Positions 37,776 through 54,106 of a stretch of 64,000 nucleotides of DNA are shown here, one piece after another; within the stretch, counting starts at the first letter, position 1, and the number at the start of each line of letters is the position of its first letter. The notes under the pieces are model-generated. The model searched no databases. It was not told the origin of the DNA and saw nothing but the letters and a program-made list of their open reading frames with translations. Source of the DNA: Octopus vulgaris (taxonomy: Eukaryota); the NCBI GenBank assembly GCA_951406725.2, contig OX597817.1, forward strand, positions 141,856,001 to 141,920,000, in the 5' to 3' direction. Position numbers and translations under genes: made by a program.

Positions 37776-38380
37776 CGCTGGAGAATTTAACACCAAATAA
37801 AATTTGCGATCTTCCAGCGACATGATTTCATTTATAATTTTTTATTTTATCTCAATTCAGGTTCATTTCTATTTGTCTTAATTTTCAATTCACGAATGAA
37901 AGTCACAAGATCTTCTTTGTCCTTAATACGGACATAAAATATTGTGACTGATAACGAAACCTATGTTTATTATATTTATTTGCTGCAGACAAATTTGATG
38001 AAAACGTTGTCCTGTATAACTCTTGTGCGCAATAACGTAGTCGTTAACTAAACAAACTGAAGTTGATTATTTCAGTGTTAATAAAATACATTACCAGAGG
38101 ACACACCCTCGTTCGCTCCACGTGTCCACTCGATGGTTGTCAGCAGGATATAGCAATAATTTAATTATTGGAAATGTTCTGCGAGTATTGTTCACATAAT
38201 TGGGATATTGTCTGTAATACCAAGTTCAAATATACACCAAGAGGAAGCGTTAGATTTTTTTTCTTTTTCATTGATTTTACACGCCCGTAAAAGCAACATG
38301 TTTCTCTAAAATAAACGCAACGTAATATAATTTACAATCTCACACACCCACAACGATATATATGTGTATGTATGTATATA

Positions 38381-38446
<66 letters not shown>

Positions 38447-38643
38447 TACACATACACACACACACACATATATATATATAAATTTAAACACATCCGTATA
38501 GGTAATACATACATGCATACATATTTACACGCACACAAATATATATGTGTATAAATAATATATATATATATATATACACACACTCACACACGCTCACACA
38601 CACACACATATACTACATAGGATTATACCAACACACTAAGGCG

Positions 38644-38742
<99 letters not shown>

Positions 38743-39527
38743 TTCCCTCTCTAGCACTCTCTCTCTTTATATATATATAGAGAGAGTGATAGAGAGGGAA
38801 AGAGAGAGAAATATACATATACATACATATACATGCCCATATACACACACACATATATATATATATATACACACACACTCATACGCACACGTATATACGT
38901 TCATGTCCTTGCTTATTTCATTCAATTCTCTTCATTATTGACTCTGCTATTCACCTCCATACATTCATCCTACTGTTCACTCTGTGGCTTTATTAAGTAA
39001 TCAAATAGCGACTTGCGTTCAATGACCACACACCACCATGCAGTGCTTCTGATTGGCGTCATATGACTGAAAACTGCCAACACAGTAAACCAGCAAAACG
39101 CACGATGATTCATATAAATTACTGCAAATATTCTCGGCAATAAAATAATGACAAATTTGCGTTTTCCTTATATTTTAGCAAATAAGTTCAGTTTTCATTC
39201 TAGCAAAATGTCGAATAGAAAGTCTGCAGAATAATGTTTTGTGTTTTCAGCTCAGCATCCAAAGGACCGGAATTGTATTTCAATGTCCCAACTGATCAAT
39301 ATTATGTAAAATCAGAAAAAAAAGAAAAAAATGTTGTCACAGCGGGTTTTCTCCGATATTGTTGATTTCGCTTCGCAAATATTCTATTGTTGTGGTCTTT
39401 CTCTCTGAGGACATTTCTTCAAAAATAAATAATAATGAAATGAATTAATGAGATTTTTTTGTAAGATCGTACTGGACCGAATGATGTATTATTGTTGTGA
39501 TTATACGTACAGCCATGCATACATATG

Positions 39528-39603
<76 letters not shown>

Positions 39604-41205
39604 CATACTCGCTCACACACACACATATACATATACATACATATATAAATATTCAAACACGTATATCAATGTATATACATATGTGTGTGCGTGTGTGTGT
39701 GTGATATGGGTTATTACAATTCCATTCGTTCGCTATTTTATAACTCTACCGCATACACGCATGAATGTATGAATGTATAAATACAACTTTAATCATTATA
39801 GATTGAAATGCTAAATATTCAATTTTATATTCAGTTTTATAGTCTATTTGCTCCGTGCACGTATGGTGGTTACTTCGTTAGTTAAGTGATATTTTTACTA
39901 CCCATGTCCTTCGGAGATTGTGCGATCATTAACGTAATTACCTATATATCGAATAATATATAAATATAGTTTGCGTCGATAGCAACAAATGACAATCCTC
40001 CCAGTTAGGCCACTCTAGCTAACATTTAAGACGCTCAAATCTTTTATGGTAGTACAACAATTACGGCCCAAGTCCAAAAACATGTAGCCTAGGCAATGCT
40101 GAAAAATATTTCATTCACACTGAAATCACATACACCTGTAGCACATAACCAAAGAGCACAAATGAAGACTTTATGTAAATTCCACATCGGTTCTTTCCAT
40201 TCTGCTTCAGAAAACGATTCAACCATAGGAAGAGGGGAGAAATCATCGTACCAATAGCAGGTTTATTTTAATGGGACATAGATCTTATATATGATTTCTA
40301 ACTTCACTGATGTAAACCCACGATTATCTTTTAGCTTTTAATTTTTCCAGATATTGGCCTACACCTTAAATAGATTTTAATCAAGCAGATCGATCCGAGT
40401 AATTATAATTTTTTTATCCGGGGAATTTGTTCTGACAGCCTGTTTTACGCAACCATTAAGATATGGGTACTTAAGCGGTTACTTAAACCAACGCTAGTTA
40501 TAAAGCGAGGCGGAGGTTTGAAACACAGACATTAAAGCACACACATCGACACACAGGCATATTTTTATTATTCTAGATTATATATAACACAGTTTTGAAA
40601 ATAATTTGAATGTGTGTTACTGATCATTGATTAATCTGCAGTTCATAGTTTTCATGAAATGGTGGCTGATCTGGAGTAAATGAGTAAAAATAATGGTTAA
40701 GAACACGATGGTGTCTCTGTATGCTAAATATATATGGTAATGTCGAGGTTTCGGCTATTTTCGCATGTTGCAGGGAAAACAATTTTGTATAAAATAATAC
40801 ACGAATTAGAAAAGATTAAATTCAGTCTTATAATCGGATAACAGAATCGTATGACAATATGTAAGCGTTGACCTTCAAAGGATAAACAAATTTTCCGAGC
40901 GGTAAATATCAAGTAAAAATGTATTTTCCATGCATATTATAAGTTACGGACAACAACATTTCGATGTAATTTTAATTATTTTAAGGGGGGTTAGCTGGTA
41001 CACTGTTTACACAGTCGGGGAAATGCTTTGTGGATTATCTTTCAGCTTGTACGTTCGGAATTCACACCCCATCGACGTCTGCTTTGCATTGATTCTGTCT
41101 ATAAAATTAAGTACTTTTCCACAATTTGAGGCGATATAACTAAGTAATCTTCATTACCTCTTCATGTAATGCCGGTCATATGTCTAAATTGAAAGTATTA
41201 TTTGC

Positions 41206-41878
<673 letters not shown>

Positions 41879-41892
41879 AATAATAATAATAA

Positions 41893-42204
41893 TATTAGGG
41901 AGTATAACTCCAAACTTACAGGGAAAAAATTCAATTTAATATTAAATCAAATTTCATAGTATAACTATATAAAATATAAAATATAAATTAGATATGAAAC
42001 CACTATTATGCAACTCAAACATTGACAGACATAAACCAAAACATAAATAACAAATAATATATATTTTTACAAAACATTTAATTTATAATTTTTGAAATCC
42101 AGTTATAAGTTGTATGTTTTATAAACATATATATTATTTGTTATTTATGTTTTGGTTTATGTCTGTCACTGTTTGAGTTGAATATTAGTGATTTCATCTC
42201 TAAT

Positions 42205-42210
<6 letters not shown>
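41893..42210. mobile_element. Fold-back element sharing its terminus with 9584-10020
   Basis: TTAGGGAGTATA..CCAAACTTACAGGGAAAAA terminus; arms ~41980-42078 / ~42113-42210. Confidence 0.65.
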
Positions 42211-42236
<26 letters not shown>

Positions 42237-42302
42237 CTTATATATATATGTATATATATATTTATATATATATATATGTATATACATATGTATATATATT
42301 AA

Positions 42303-42695
42303 CGGAGCATAAGCGCAAAGGAATGTTTAGGCACGAGCAGAACTTAGGTAAGTTGAATTCAACTGCTAAAGGCAAATGCGTTGCAGCTACCGTGGAGAAA
42401 AAAATTTCTATGGTTAAAAACGTGTGAAAATACCAAGTTCTCTCTGTGTCGCTATCTCTCGAGAGTTATAGCTTCCTTAGGTTCATCCAGAGTTGCCTCT
42501 CTTACGTATATCTCATTGACAAGAGCCCAAAAACTCAAAATATCGTTGTCTGAGATTCCCGAGAGATGGCGGCACTGAACAAACTGGATGTTTTCACACC
42601 TTTTTACCATAGGAGAGAGATTTTTTCTCCACGGTAACTGCAGCGTATTTGTCTTTAACAGTTGAAATATGTGACAAATATATTTCAACTGACCT
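42303..42695. repeat. Fold-back element between TA tracts
   Basis: Arms ~42357-42440 / ~42582-42667. Confidence 0.65.
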
Positions 42696-42704
42696 ATATA
42701 TAAA

Positions 42705-42775
<71 letters not shown>

Positions 42776-42904
42776 ATATATAAAAATTTAAATAATGGGG
42801 GAGATAAATTGAATATCAATTTAATTAATATTAATTTAAAACCAGTAGCCTAGCATATAGAAAAATCTGAAAAATCAGAAAAAAATTCAATACATGTGTA
42901 TATT

Positions 42905-43062
42905 TAGAGATAAACCATAGGTGGATAACCATACGCTAGAAGATCACATACGACCTAACTAAAAAGAAAAACATGTTCTCCAGAGAACATTTTTTTCTCT
43001 GCAGTTAGATCGTATGCGATCTTCTTCTAGTGTATGGTTATCCACCTAGTGGTTAATCCCTA
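42905..43062. repeat. ~75-bp-arm imperfect palindrome
   Basis: AGGTGGATAACCATAC..ATGTTCTC / GAGAACAT..GTATGGTTATCCACCT. Confidence 0.7.
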
Positions 43063-43086
43063 AATACACACGCACATATATATACA

Positions 43087-43136
<50 letters not shown>

Positions 43137-43157
43137 TATATGTATATATATATATAA

Positions 43158-43235
<78 letters not shown>

Positions 43236-46200
43236 TAAATGTGCCCATATGTGTGCATGTGTTCGTGTATATATATATATATATATATATACACGCACAC
43301 ACAAACACACACATTCACATATATGTATATATATATATATAGCTTTATATTTAACTGAGGCTTTACTCAGTAGTTAACAAGTATTGACAATGACTTGGAG
43401 ACTTTGGCTTTGTAATCTATTATCGGACTGTGGTACATGTTTGTTAACCTTGGCTTTATATAGTCTCCATTAAGTTCAAATTTTCTGATTTAGGTGAATG
43501 ATAAGGTTGTGGAGTGGGTTGTGAGTGGAAGGTATTATGGAAAAGTTTTATTGATTAAATTTCAGTTTGTGTTACTTTTCAGAATTTCTTCATGCATTTA
43601 GAACTTTATAATCAGGTCTGTTTATTTAGGTGAGTCAGTTTTAGGCCAAGCGATTTTTTCTAGGCGTTCTAGTGTGAAAGCAGGTTTAAGGGGTTAGTTG
43701 GTCAATAGATGTGTCACTAGGTTTAGTTGGTGTTAGTTTTTATTTGGATAGGAAAAGGAAATTTTACATTTTGTATTGAAAATGATACGGTTAAAGTTGC
43801 GCTGAGAAGTGTGTTTGTTTAGATGTGTCAGCGTTCTAAAGATTCCGAAAAGAATGTTCGTAGGTGGTAAGCTCCGTCGATATGCAGATTTATTTCCCTT
43901 TTGTTTGCGGTATTTTGGCGATTTCACCTGTTTGTTTTGGGAAGGTAGAGAATATCAGTCTAGCAGATCATGATGTTTTTATAGAAATTTAGATATTTTA
44001 TAATACATTCATAAATAAATTTAAATATATGAAATAGACATAATATAATATCTAACAGCTGATGAATACTGCCTCTGGATTCCCTCCATTTTCTTCTTGC
44101 CATATAGATATTTTATAATATATATTTTCGACTCACGCATATGTGCAAAATTGGGGCCATGTACATATGTATGCACCTAATTATGTATAGCAATAGACTT
44201 CAAAATGAAAATAAAAATTAAAAAAAGAAACTCCGAAGCCACATCTTCCATTTTCTTTGTATGTGTGTGTGTGTGTACGTATGTATGTACATATATATAT
44301 ATATATGTATGTATGCATATATATATATACATATACATAAACACACACGCACACATACACACACACACACATATATATATATAATATTTATAACAATATA
44401 GAGAATTGAAACTGGTAGATATTCGAAATTTATTTCCTTTGATTTTACGATTTTATATAGTATATTTTTTATGGTCGTAATATCAATAAAGCCATACTGT
44501 ATGAAATTGTAAAATAAATGGAGATAAATTTCGAAGATGTGCCAGCCTCCATTTTCTATATCAGTAGTTCTCAAAGTTTTTCAGGCTGCCTCACCCATGG
44601 CACCCGTGCCATATTCCTAGCGCCATCCCCTTTCGCTGCACTCACCATCACACACATAGTCCACCTATCTGTAGAAAATTCAAAACAACGTCAGTTCACA
44701 TATAAATCTATTTCTTTACTACCCACAAGGGGCTAGACACAGAAGGGACGAACAAGGACTGACAAATGGATTAAGTCGATTATATCAACCCCAGTGCGTA
44801 ACTGGTACTTATTTAATCGACCCCAAAAAGATGAAAAGCAAAGTCGACCTCAGGGGAATTTGAACTCAGAACGTAGCGGCAGACGAAATACTGCTAAGTA
44901 TTTTGCCCGGCGTGTTAACATTAAGCTAGTTAACCCATTACTTGAGGTTTTTTTACATCCACTGACCCCTTTTGTTCACACGATTATTTTATGTGCAACA
45001 GTCGAATCACTTTAGCATATATGTGTGTGTGTGTTTGCGTGCGTATGTGTTTGTGTGTTGGTGTATGTGTATGTATATATGCATGAACCAGTATGCACTT
45101 AGAAAGGTTGTTGTGAGAATTTAGGATGAAAGTTGGGAACATGTTAAATAATTTCTAAAGTAGCTGTTTAACGTAACGTTTTAATGCTAGTGTTTATGTA
45201 TATAATAAGGACAGTTCGAGGTGAAGGCGGGGATGTGTTGAAATGGAGTATGATATTTTCTAGTTTAGCCGTTAGAAAAAAAATATCTATTTGAACTGCA
45301 GAAGTGTTTTGAAGATCTTGAGTTCGCAGGAAGAGCCTCAATCAGAGTTTCCGTTCAGAATTTGATTCCTTAAAATGAGAATCAAATCTTGAACCTAAAC
45401 GGCTTCGAGTTCCTCAAAATTTACACTTTTGGAAATCAAAGAAATGAGAAACCGTTGAAGTGTATCAATTTAGATATGAATAAATCTTCATATTCTCTGG
45501 GCACTTTTAACTTCATTTATTTCTTCTATATTCATTCTTGAATGGATTCATAATGATATGTGTGTGTGTCCGTTCATTAAATGCAACTGAATCAGTGTTA
45601 ATTCAACATCAGCATCATTGCATCGTATCAAATGTATAAAAAGTGTCGAAAGATTTTCATCTGAAAGAAATTCTCTTCTTAGATATACTGCATTCAAATT
45701 ACAATATATATGGAGATAGTTTCCCTCAAACAGAAGCAAGCCTTTCTACGGCATTATATAGTTTGATACACACTTGGCTATTCTCTTTTAATGTTATTTC
45801 AATGGCTTTCACGGAGTCATTTTTGTTTGTATATCGGCAAGTTTTTCTCAATGTTATTGAATGTATTCTTCACTATTTCGTATATTATGAAGCACAAAGA
45901 GGTTCTTCGCTCTGCACGAAGCACGGTCATCCAGTCCTCATAGCACTTCAATACCAGTAGAGTTTCTCCAGAAAGTTTAAACCTATCTCAGTAGTACTTC
46001 AACAATAAGAATTACTGCTTTCAAGAATATCGAAAACTTATTGAAGTATGCAGGAAAGAACAATGACTACGTAGGTGTTTCTGTTATAGTTGTGGATACA
46101 CTTCATCAAAAATGATGCATATATACCTTATACGCACTTGTTTATATAAACGTCATGTAGTCCAAAATGTGATAAATATTATATATATATATATATGTAT

Positions 46201-46329
46201 ACACATATGTATATGTATGTATATATATATATGTATATATATATATGTTTATATATATATATATATACATATGTATATGTATGTATGTATATATATATAT
46301 ATAACTTAGAATAACTTAGAAAGGTTTTG

Positions 46330-46912
46330 GCCAGTATTGGCCCAGGCCATGTCTAACTTAATAGCACCACCTGGCGAAGTCTTTCAATTCAGGATTTGGG
46401 CACCAAGGCCCATTCAAGCAGAGAGTTATTGTTTGCGGAGACATATCCGGGTGTGGGTGGATTGTCCGGGACTGTTTGAAGGAATTTGTTCAAAGACGTC
46501 TTGAATTTTGTGTGGTCAGTTTCTTTTTTGACGTGTCCTGGTGTAATGTTGAAGAGAGCGGGTCCAATTGAGGTGAAATAGTTGTGCCGTATTGTCGTTA
46601 TGTGATGCGATTTAGATTTTTGTTGTGGACGGATGGCACGTGGTCCAAGCCTTGGATGTATTTTGAAGGTGATGCCAACATCATTCGGACAGTGCTGATG
46701 GAATATTTTCCACATCATACAGATAATGTAGCGTTCACGGCGTCGTTGGAGTGAATACAGTTTCAGCTTCTCTAGTCTACCCCAGTAGTCAAGGTCTGAC
46801 ATGTCATCTATCTTTTTGTGATTGACCTTTGGGGAGCTTCAATTCTCATAATATTTTGTTTTGTGTAGGGAGACCACAGTGGACAGCAGTATTCAAGGTG
46901 GGGTCGGGCAAA
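46330..46912 (-). mobile_element. CR1-group LINE 3' fragment
   Basis: [14 protein letters not shown]...LDYWGRLEKLKLYSLQRRRER, open to the stop at 46389. Confidence 0.85.
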
Positions 46913-46914
46913 AC

Positions 46915-46974
<60 letters not shown>

Positions 46975-46987
46975 ATGTATATGTATG

Positions 46988-47058
<71 letters not shown>

Positions 47059-47319
47059 CGTGTTGATTCATTGTTTTTTTTTGGGCCGACATAAAAAAGT
47101 CTGTTACTGTCGTGGAGATTCTTACAGTAGAAGAAGAGGAATTTTTAACTCCTATTTCTAAATTCGGTATGTAGTGAAGCAATTAGCTGACCCCTAATTA
47201 TAATTATGTATATAATTGTAGAATATTTGTATAAGTCCTGGGATCGATTTGTTCGACTAAAGGCGGTGCTCATTCATGGTCAAATGACTGAAACCAATAA
47301 AAAATGAAATAAAAAATAA

Positions 47320-47419
<100 letters not shown>

Positions 47420-47459
47420 TTATATATGTGTGTGTGTGTATATATTTATTTTTTATTTC

Positions 47460-47670
47460 ATTTTTTTTATTGGTTTCAGTCATTTGACCATGGATGAGCA
47501 CCGCCTTTAGTCGAACAAATCGATCCCAGGACTTATTCTTTATAAGCTTAGTACCTAGTTTATCGGTCTCTGTTGCCAAACCGCTTTGTTACGGGGATGT
47601 AAACACACCAACATTGCTTGTCAAGCGATGGTGGTGGAACAAACAGAGACACACAAACACACACAAACAC

Positions 47671-47762
<92 letters not shown>

Positions 47763-47890
47763 TACGACGGGCTTCTTGAGCTTCTTTCAGTTTCCGTCTA
47801 CCAAATCCACACACAAGGCTTTGGTCGGTCCGAAGCTAAAGTAGAAGACACTTGCCCAAGGTGCCACGCAGTGGAACTGAACCCGGAGCC

Positions 47891-47891
<1 letters not shown>
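47460..47891 (-). mobile_element. SINE family A, with an inverted duplicate of its tail at 47232-47325
   Basis: Family A homology. Confidence 0.8.
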
Positions 47892-47923
<32 letters not shown>

Positions 47924-48706
47924 TACACTCACATACATATATATATATATACACACACATACACACACATATATATAATACATACATATATACATACATA
48001 CATACATGCATACATACATGCATACATACATTGTTGTATTTCGGGATGGTCATTTTGTTGGACAAAGACGAGGCACCAAAACACAAGTCTAAAAAGAAAA
48101 ATTCATCCAACGGATGCCAAGCGGTTGAATAAATATATTCACCACTCGTCCCTTCTGTATTGAATTAATATGTGAACTGATAGCCGAGTTCGTTGGAGGA
48201 GCTTCCTGTAATAGCCACACGATTTTCTGAATCCATTTATTATACAACAAATATATATTTACCAATATATACGTATATATACACATACATATATACATAT
48301 CTGCCTATATATATGTATAAATACTTTAGATAGATCACAACTAGTATAGTAGAATATGTTTGACTTGTTAATAGCGTACGTATCATCTCTATATTTTCTC
48401 TTCCAATTTCTTTATATCAGAAGTATTTGGAACATAGTTAAACATGGCTAGATTGCCATGACAACGAATGCTAATATTAAATTGGTCTCCATTTTTTTTT
48501 TTACATAAAATATAAGCAATATGTAAATCATGATAGAATTTAAAATGATCTAACAAGTAGAGCGGGTATATATATATATATATGTATGCGTGTGTAAGTG
48601 TGAATGTGTGTCTGCACATATATTTATACATAATATACATAACTATATACATGTACGTATGTATATATATACACACACACACACACTCACATATATATGT
48701 ATGTAT

Positions 48707-48737
<31 letters not shown>

Positions 48738-48754
48738 CATACCTACATACCTAG

Positions 48755-48785
<31 letters not shown>

Positions 48786-49457
48786 CATACATACATACAT
48801 GCATATATACATACATACACATATACATACATACATATAGCAGGCAGCTGGTACTCTCATGATTGCTGATCAGTTTTCATGATATTTGCTTACCTTCAGG
48901 CGAGTTTCTTCAACAGAAAGAATGTGACTTACAACGCGATTGTAGTTGATTTCAGCAATTCATTGTCAATTTATTTTTATACATGTAAAAATCTTTCATG
49001 CCGCCTTATACAAATTAATATATTTCTAAGGGTCCTCTCTGTCAATGGGATGCACTCCTACATACAAACATTTAATATGATGAGGTTTACATACAGATGT
49101 ATTTTCGTTTGAATATCACCATAATGCTCTTTCTCATTCTGCTTTCACTCTCCTGCTTTTGTTATCAACTTTGACTCTCCGCAAATCCCGAATTTCATTT
49201 AACTTGCTTTGCGGGAGCAACTGTTTATACAAAGGCATATATTGCCGTAAATGCTCGAAATGTGGAGTAGATAAAACAGGTAACAACTGATGAATGTTGC
49301 TTGTCTTCTTTTCCATTTGTTTCGTTCGTTGTTCGCCAAATAGTTCGCATTCCTTGCTTTCGTATTTCATGCTGTTTACATTCTGTGACGTCCTGTACGC
49401 ATATATGTATGTCTATATGCATATATATGTAAGTATGTACATATATATATGTAAACA

Positions 49458-49514
<57 letters not shown>

Positions 49515-49589
49515 ATGTGTTATTTATATCATATGATTGAACACCACGCATGTATTTCCAAGTAAATTTTATCTACCTATCTGTCTATA

Positions 49590-50089
49590 TATAGACAGGG
49601 AGCAGGGGAAAGACCCATGTTGTGAGATGGGGTTAGGGAAGAAACTGTGGACCAGTTTGGCATGCAGGTTATAGGCTCGTTTGAAGGAGGGAAGGGGTAG
49701 GTTGAGGAAGATGTGCGAGGTAGAAGGCTCGGAGAATTGTGCGTAGGAGGTGCAGGGTAGAGGGGTGGTAGGTGAGTGGAAACTAGAAACGGCGGGTAAG
49801 CAGGGGCATGGTCCACGGAAGGGGCTCTGACAAGGGCTGAGAGGATTGCGGTGAGGGGAGATCCCCGATCAGCGATCCTGAGTGCACCAGCTGCCTATTA
49901 TATGTATGTATGTATGTATGCGTATGTATGTATGTATGTGTGTATGTATGTATGTATGTATGTATGTATGTATGTATATATGTATGTATGCATGTATGTA
50001 TGTATGTATGTATGTGTGTATGTATGTAGTATGTATGTATGTATGTATGTATGCATGCATGCATGCATGCATGTATGTATGTATGTATG

Positions 50090-50123
<34 letters not shown>

Positions 50124-50985
50124 TGTATGTATGTATGTATGTATGTATGTATGTATATATGTATGTATGTATGTATGTATTTATGTATCTGTTAAGACAG
50201 ATTCTCAAAATCACGGTCATCACTGCCGAACCTGCATAAACACAAGAATTGGGAGTAGGGGTTAGGGAGCTTGGTGGAGGTAGGGTGGGAGGAGGAGAGG
50301 TTATGTTTGTAGTGGATGATGTAGTGTGAGTGGGGAGGTGTATATTGACCGAAATGTCGAGAAATGCAACGGAAGTGTTGGAAATAGAGTAGGAGAATTC
50401 GTGGAATGGATGGAAGGATTGGATAAAAGAGAAGAAAGAGTCTAGTTGTTGGCGGGAGAGTGAGGTCGCACCGATACAGTCATCAATATAATGGCCATAT
50501 AGTTCAGGAGTGGGGCCAGTGAATCGTGAGAATATCTGGGCCTCAACGTAGCCAACGAACAGATACGCATAGTTAGGGCCCATTCTCGTTCCCATGGCCA
50601 CTCCCGAGTACATGCTGTTAAAAATTCCCCGAGAAAGAGAATCAGGTGACGGAGAGAACAATTTCGGCCAGACGACATGTGGAGGTGTCAGGTGGGGATT
50701 GGGTCGAATGTCTAGGAGGTGTTTCAGAGCAAGTAGGTGTTCCTTGTGTAGGATCACCGTATATAGACTCTTGATTTCAAGAGTAAAGAGAAGTTTAGAG
50801 CGGCCAGGAGGGAAGAAGCAAGAGTTGAAAAGACGGAGAGCATGATTAGTGTCGTGGATGTGGGAGGGTAGTGAAGCCACTAGTGGGGCAAGGACACGGT
50901 CGAGGTATTTTGAAATCAATTCTGAGGAGTAGTTACAGGCGGAGGCATTGGGGCAACCAGGGTTGTTGGGCCCACAGATCGGAAA
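49590..50985 (-). mobile_element. Penelope-like element reverse transcriptase remnant
   Basis: LFTLEIKSLYT (motif A), GVAMGTRMGPNYA (B'), YIDDC (C), VAFLDISV; downstream frame SFKRAYNLHAKLVHS..GSFPC resembles the linker before GIY-YIG; interrupted by (TACA)n. Confidence 0.85.
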
Positions 50986-52285
50986 TGGTTGAATACTGCA
51001 CGAGTTCGGGCTAAACGGTTTCGTCGCTCTGACCGCATCTCGAGCAGGACAGCTCCGTGTTTGTCGAGTCATGCCTGTAGAGCTTATCCCGAACGGGTAG
51101 CGCTTCTCGATAGCACTGGCAGGCCAGGGATCTTTGAATGTTGTCCATAGGTCCCGACCCGAAAGACGTCTTGCACAGGCGGTCAGCTATACCTCGTCGG
51201 CTCCCAGGTTCGCCCCGAGATTGTCAACGTGCCTCCCCTCCACCCATTCCTTATATTAGTCCTGTTGCAGTTGCTCAAGGTCGACCCGGGACAGCATAGT
51301 TGCTCGAGAGCAACGCGACACTCGCGGTGTCATTCGTCCTTCCTTGGCCTCTTTTTGATCCACGACTGCAATTCAGTCATGGAGACGAGCTGCGGGAAAT
51401 TTCACCTCACAAACGGCGACCACACCTGTTCACCGGCTTTCTACGTAGATCCGGAGATGTCGCAGTCTCAGCGCATGTCTGGCATTATCAGCCACGGCAT
51501 GCCCAGCCCTCCTTTTAACGAGTTTTAGCAGCAAATGGATCGCCTGACCATCAGAATGCATCCTTCCCACAAGAAGCCGAACAGAATGCGTTCTATTTTG
51601 GTGATGGTAGGGTCGGGACAAGGCACGACGTTCAGGCTGTAGTAGATGACGGACGCGATGTACGTCTTCGCCATTTCCGCCCGACCATTTAGGGACAGCT
51701 TCCTCTCGGCCCATTGCCGGCGAGAGTGACCACCATACTCGTTTTCTCGTTCCAGTTCTTCTCCGTTTGTCGCTCCGCACCAAACTAGACCCCAAACCAC
51801 TCAACCGGACCGTCAGTCCAGCGCCTCACGACGGAGGTGCTATTAGACGACATGGGTTTGACTTCCAAGTGCCGAGCCGCAAGCCCACTGATTTTTCTGG
51901 TTGATTTTCGCTTCGTAGTCTTTCCGTGTCACGCAGACCAGCTCGATGTGCTCCTGGCTAGACACTATGGCGGTGGCGTCGTGTGCGTATGCGGACACGC
52001 CCGTTCCGCATCGCAATTCTTGCGGGATGCCCCTCAGCGTCGCCAGCTTCTGCGGTAGTGGCTCGAGTGTCAATACCTACAAAAGCGACGAGAGAGGTAT
52101 CCTTGACGGACCGAATGTGCAATGTCGAAAGGTCTCGATAGATGTCCATTCACGCGAATTACCGAACGGATGCCTCTGTACAAAGAAGCTACCCAGCCGC
52201 GGGAGACGGGACTGAAACCAGCCGCTATGCGAACAGCCTCCAAGTATCAGTGGTCTACCCTATCGAAAGCTTTGGATTGATTCAG
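50985..52285 (-). mobile_element. Tx1/L1-group LINE RT fragment, decayed
   Basis: SAYAHD (AYADD), AKIN..K, KLSLNGRAEMAKTYIAS, IERILFGFLWEG; GC-rich relative to flanks. Confidence 0.75.
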
Positions 52286-52859
52286 TCACCAACTATACAT
52301 TGTCCTATCATGAACAACCATGATTATATTTTCATGCTTAATTCCTAAGCCTGACCAAACGAGACGACCATGGAACTAAATATATTGGTATTAGTAAATG
52401 AATTACTTCCAGTTTATTACATATTATTTGTCCATTTGTTATGTTTCTCGATCTATTTACACAAATATAATTTGGAACGTTGGTAAACTTGGTGCCATAG
52501 AATCTCTCTCGGTTTTGGTCAACTCTTACTTCTCCCGTTGGTTAGTTTGACATAAATCTTTCGTTCTGAGATTCCTTATTGTGACATTCTAACCACCTGA
52601 TCTTAATTCTACATTCTAACCACGTGATCTTATTTCCTAATGCGGAAAAACTATCGCCTCCACCTAGAGAGACTCGCTGGTCTCCGAGATACACACGCAG
52701 TTGAATAACGTTGCTCCAAAAATCTTTCGGAGGCACTCTTTTTAGACCGCTTGCACTCTTTCGTTCAGTAACCAACATTATTTACCACAAGTGATGAGAG
52801 TTGCAGAAACCAGAATGTAGTTAATAACTTGAACCAGGAAGTTAATGATGAAAGGAGTC

Positions 52860-53290
52860 TACCAATCTTCGCTCGTGTACAAATCACCCCATTTGCGCAT
52901 GCGGTGCACTAAGAGGGTAAAGTTTAAAACGGAGACAGTAAAAGCGCTCAAGGCGAAAGTGTGGAATGATTTGGGGTTTAGCCCAAATCCTTCCACTTCT
53001 GACTTCGAAAGGATTTTGGCAGATCGACCGCAAGTGTGGTACCAAGAATTCCTCATCCTCACCTGCTATTAAAACTCAGTTGGAATTCCCTCTACAGCGA
53101 AAAACATCCTTGAAATGTGGAAAGAATACTTTATTGATTTAAACCTAGTCGCATTGAAATCTTGTGGACAAGACGTGCAGCTAGGGGTGAAGATTAACCT
53201 CACAGAGGTTCAAGTCCTAAGGGCGATCAAAGCACTCAAAGGCGGCAAGGTGAAAATGAAAGTTGGCCTGAGATATTAGAAACCAAAAGA
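52860..53290 (+). mobile_element. RTE-type LINE fragment (EN-RT linker)
   Basis: KAKVWNDLG, ILEMWKEYF, VLRAIKALKGGK motifs. Confidence 0.55.
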
Positions 53291-53383
53291 TAGAAAACCG
53301 TTGAAAATCAAATATCCAATACATTGATAAAATCTAAAGTACATAAAACTATAAATAACCATATGTATATGTGTGTGCGCCTA

Positions 53384-53414
<31 letters not shown>

Positions 53415-53747
53415 CTATATCTACATACACGTGTGTGTGTGTGTGTGTGTGTGAGCGTGAATCTGTGCGTGTTTGTTTGTGTGTAAGTATATATGTATAC
53501 TTGAATGCATGGATTGACGAAACGTTTATGTTCGTCTACAGAGAAAGGTTGAAGATAAGGTTATTGCTTTCAGCTTCATTGAAGATTTATGAAAGTGTGA
53601 AGATAGTTTCACAGTGATCGGTTTGGTAGTTTGCTTTGTAATAATAATACATCGCCGTAGCATTCAAATTCATGTTGACATCATAATTATTATTGCTTCC
53701 TGATTAATATCTATACATCTTGATATCTTGTAATGAATTATATATAT

Positions 53748-53828
<81 letters not shown>

Positions 53829-53965
53829 GGATGGAATGAACGCCAAAAAGCAGACAGAACAAGGGACAGAATAGGGGGAAAAAGTCTTAACAAATGTTGT
53901 ATTTGATTAAAACTGAAAGGGATTCTTGTTGTTCCGACACACACACTCACACACATATACACGTA

Positions 53966-54029
<64 letters not shown>

Positions 54030-54038
54030 TCTAATTTA

Positions 54039-54097
<59 letters not shown>

Positions 54098-54106
<9 letters not shown>

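Noticed and set aside
43370-43940. Strand-skewed segment, possibly a decayed retroelement ORF
   Set aside because: No diagnostic motif could be read
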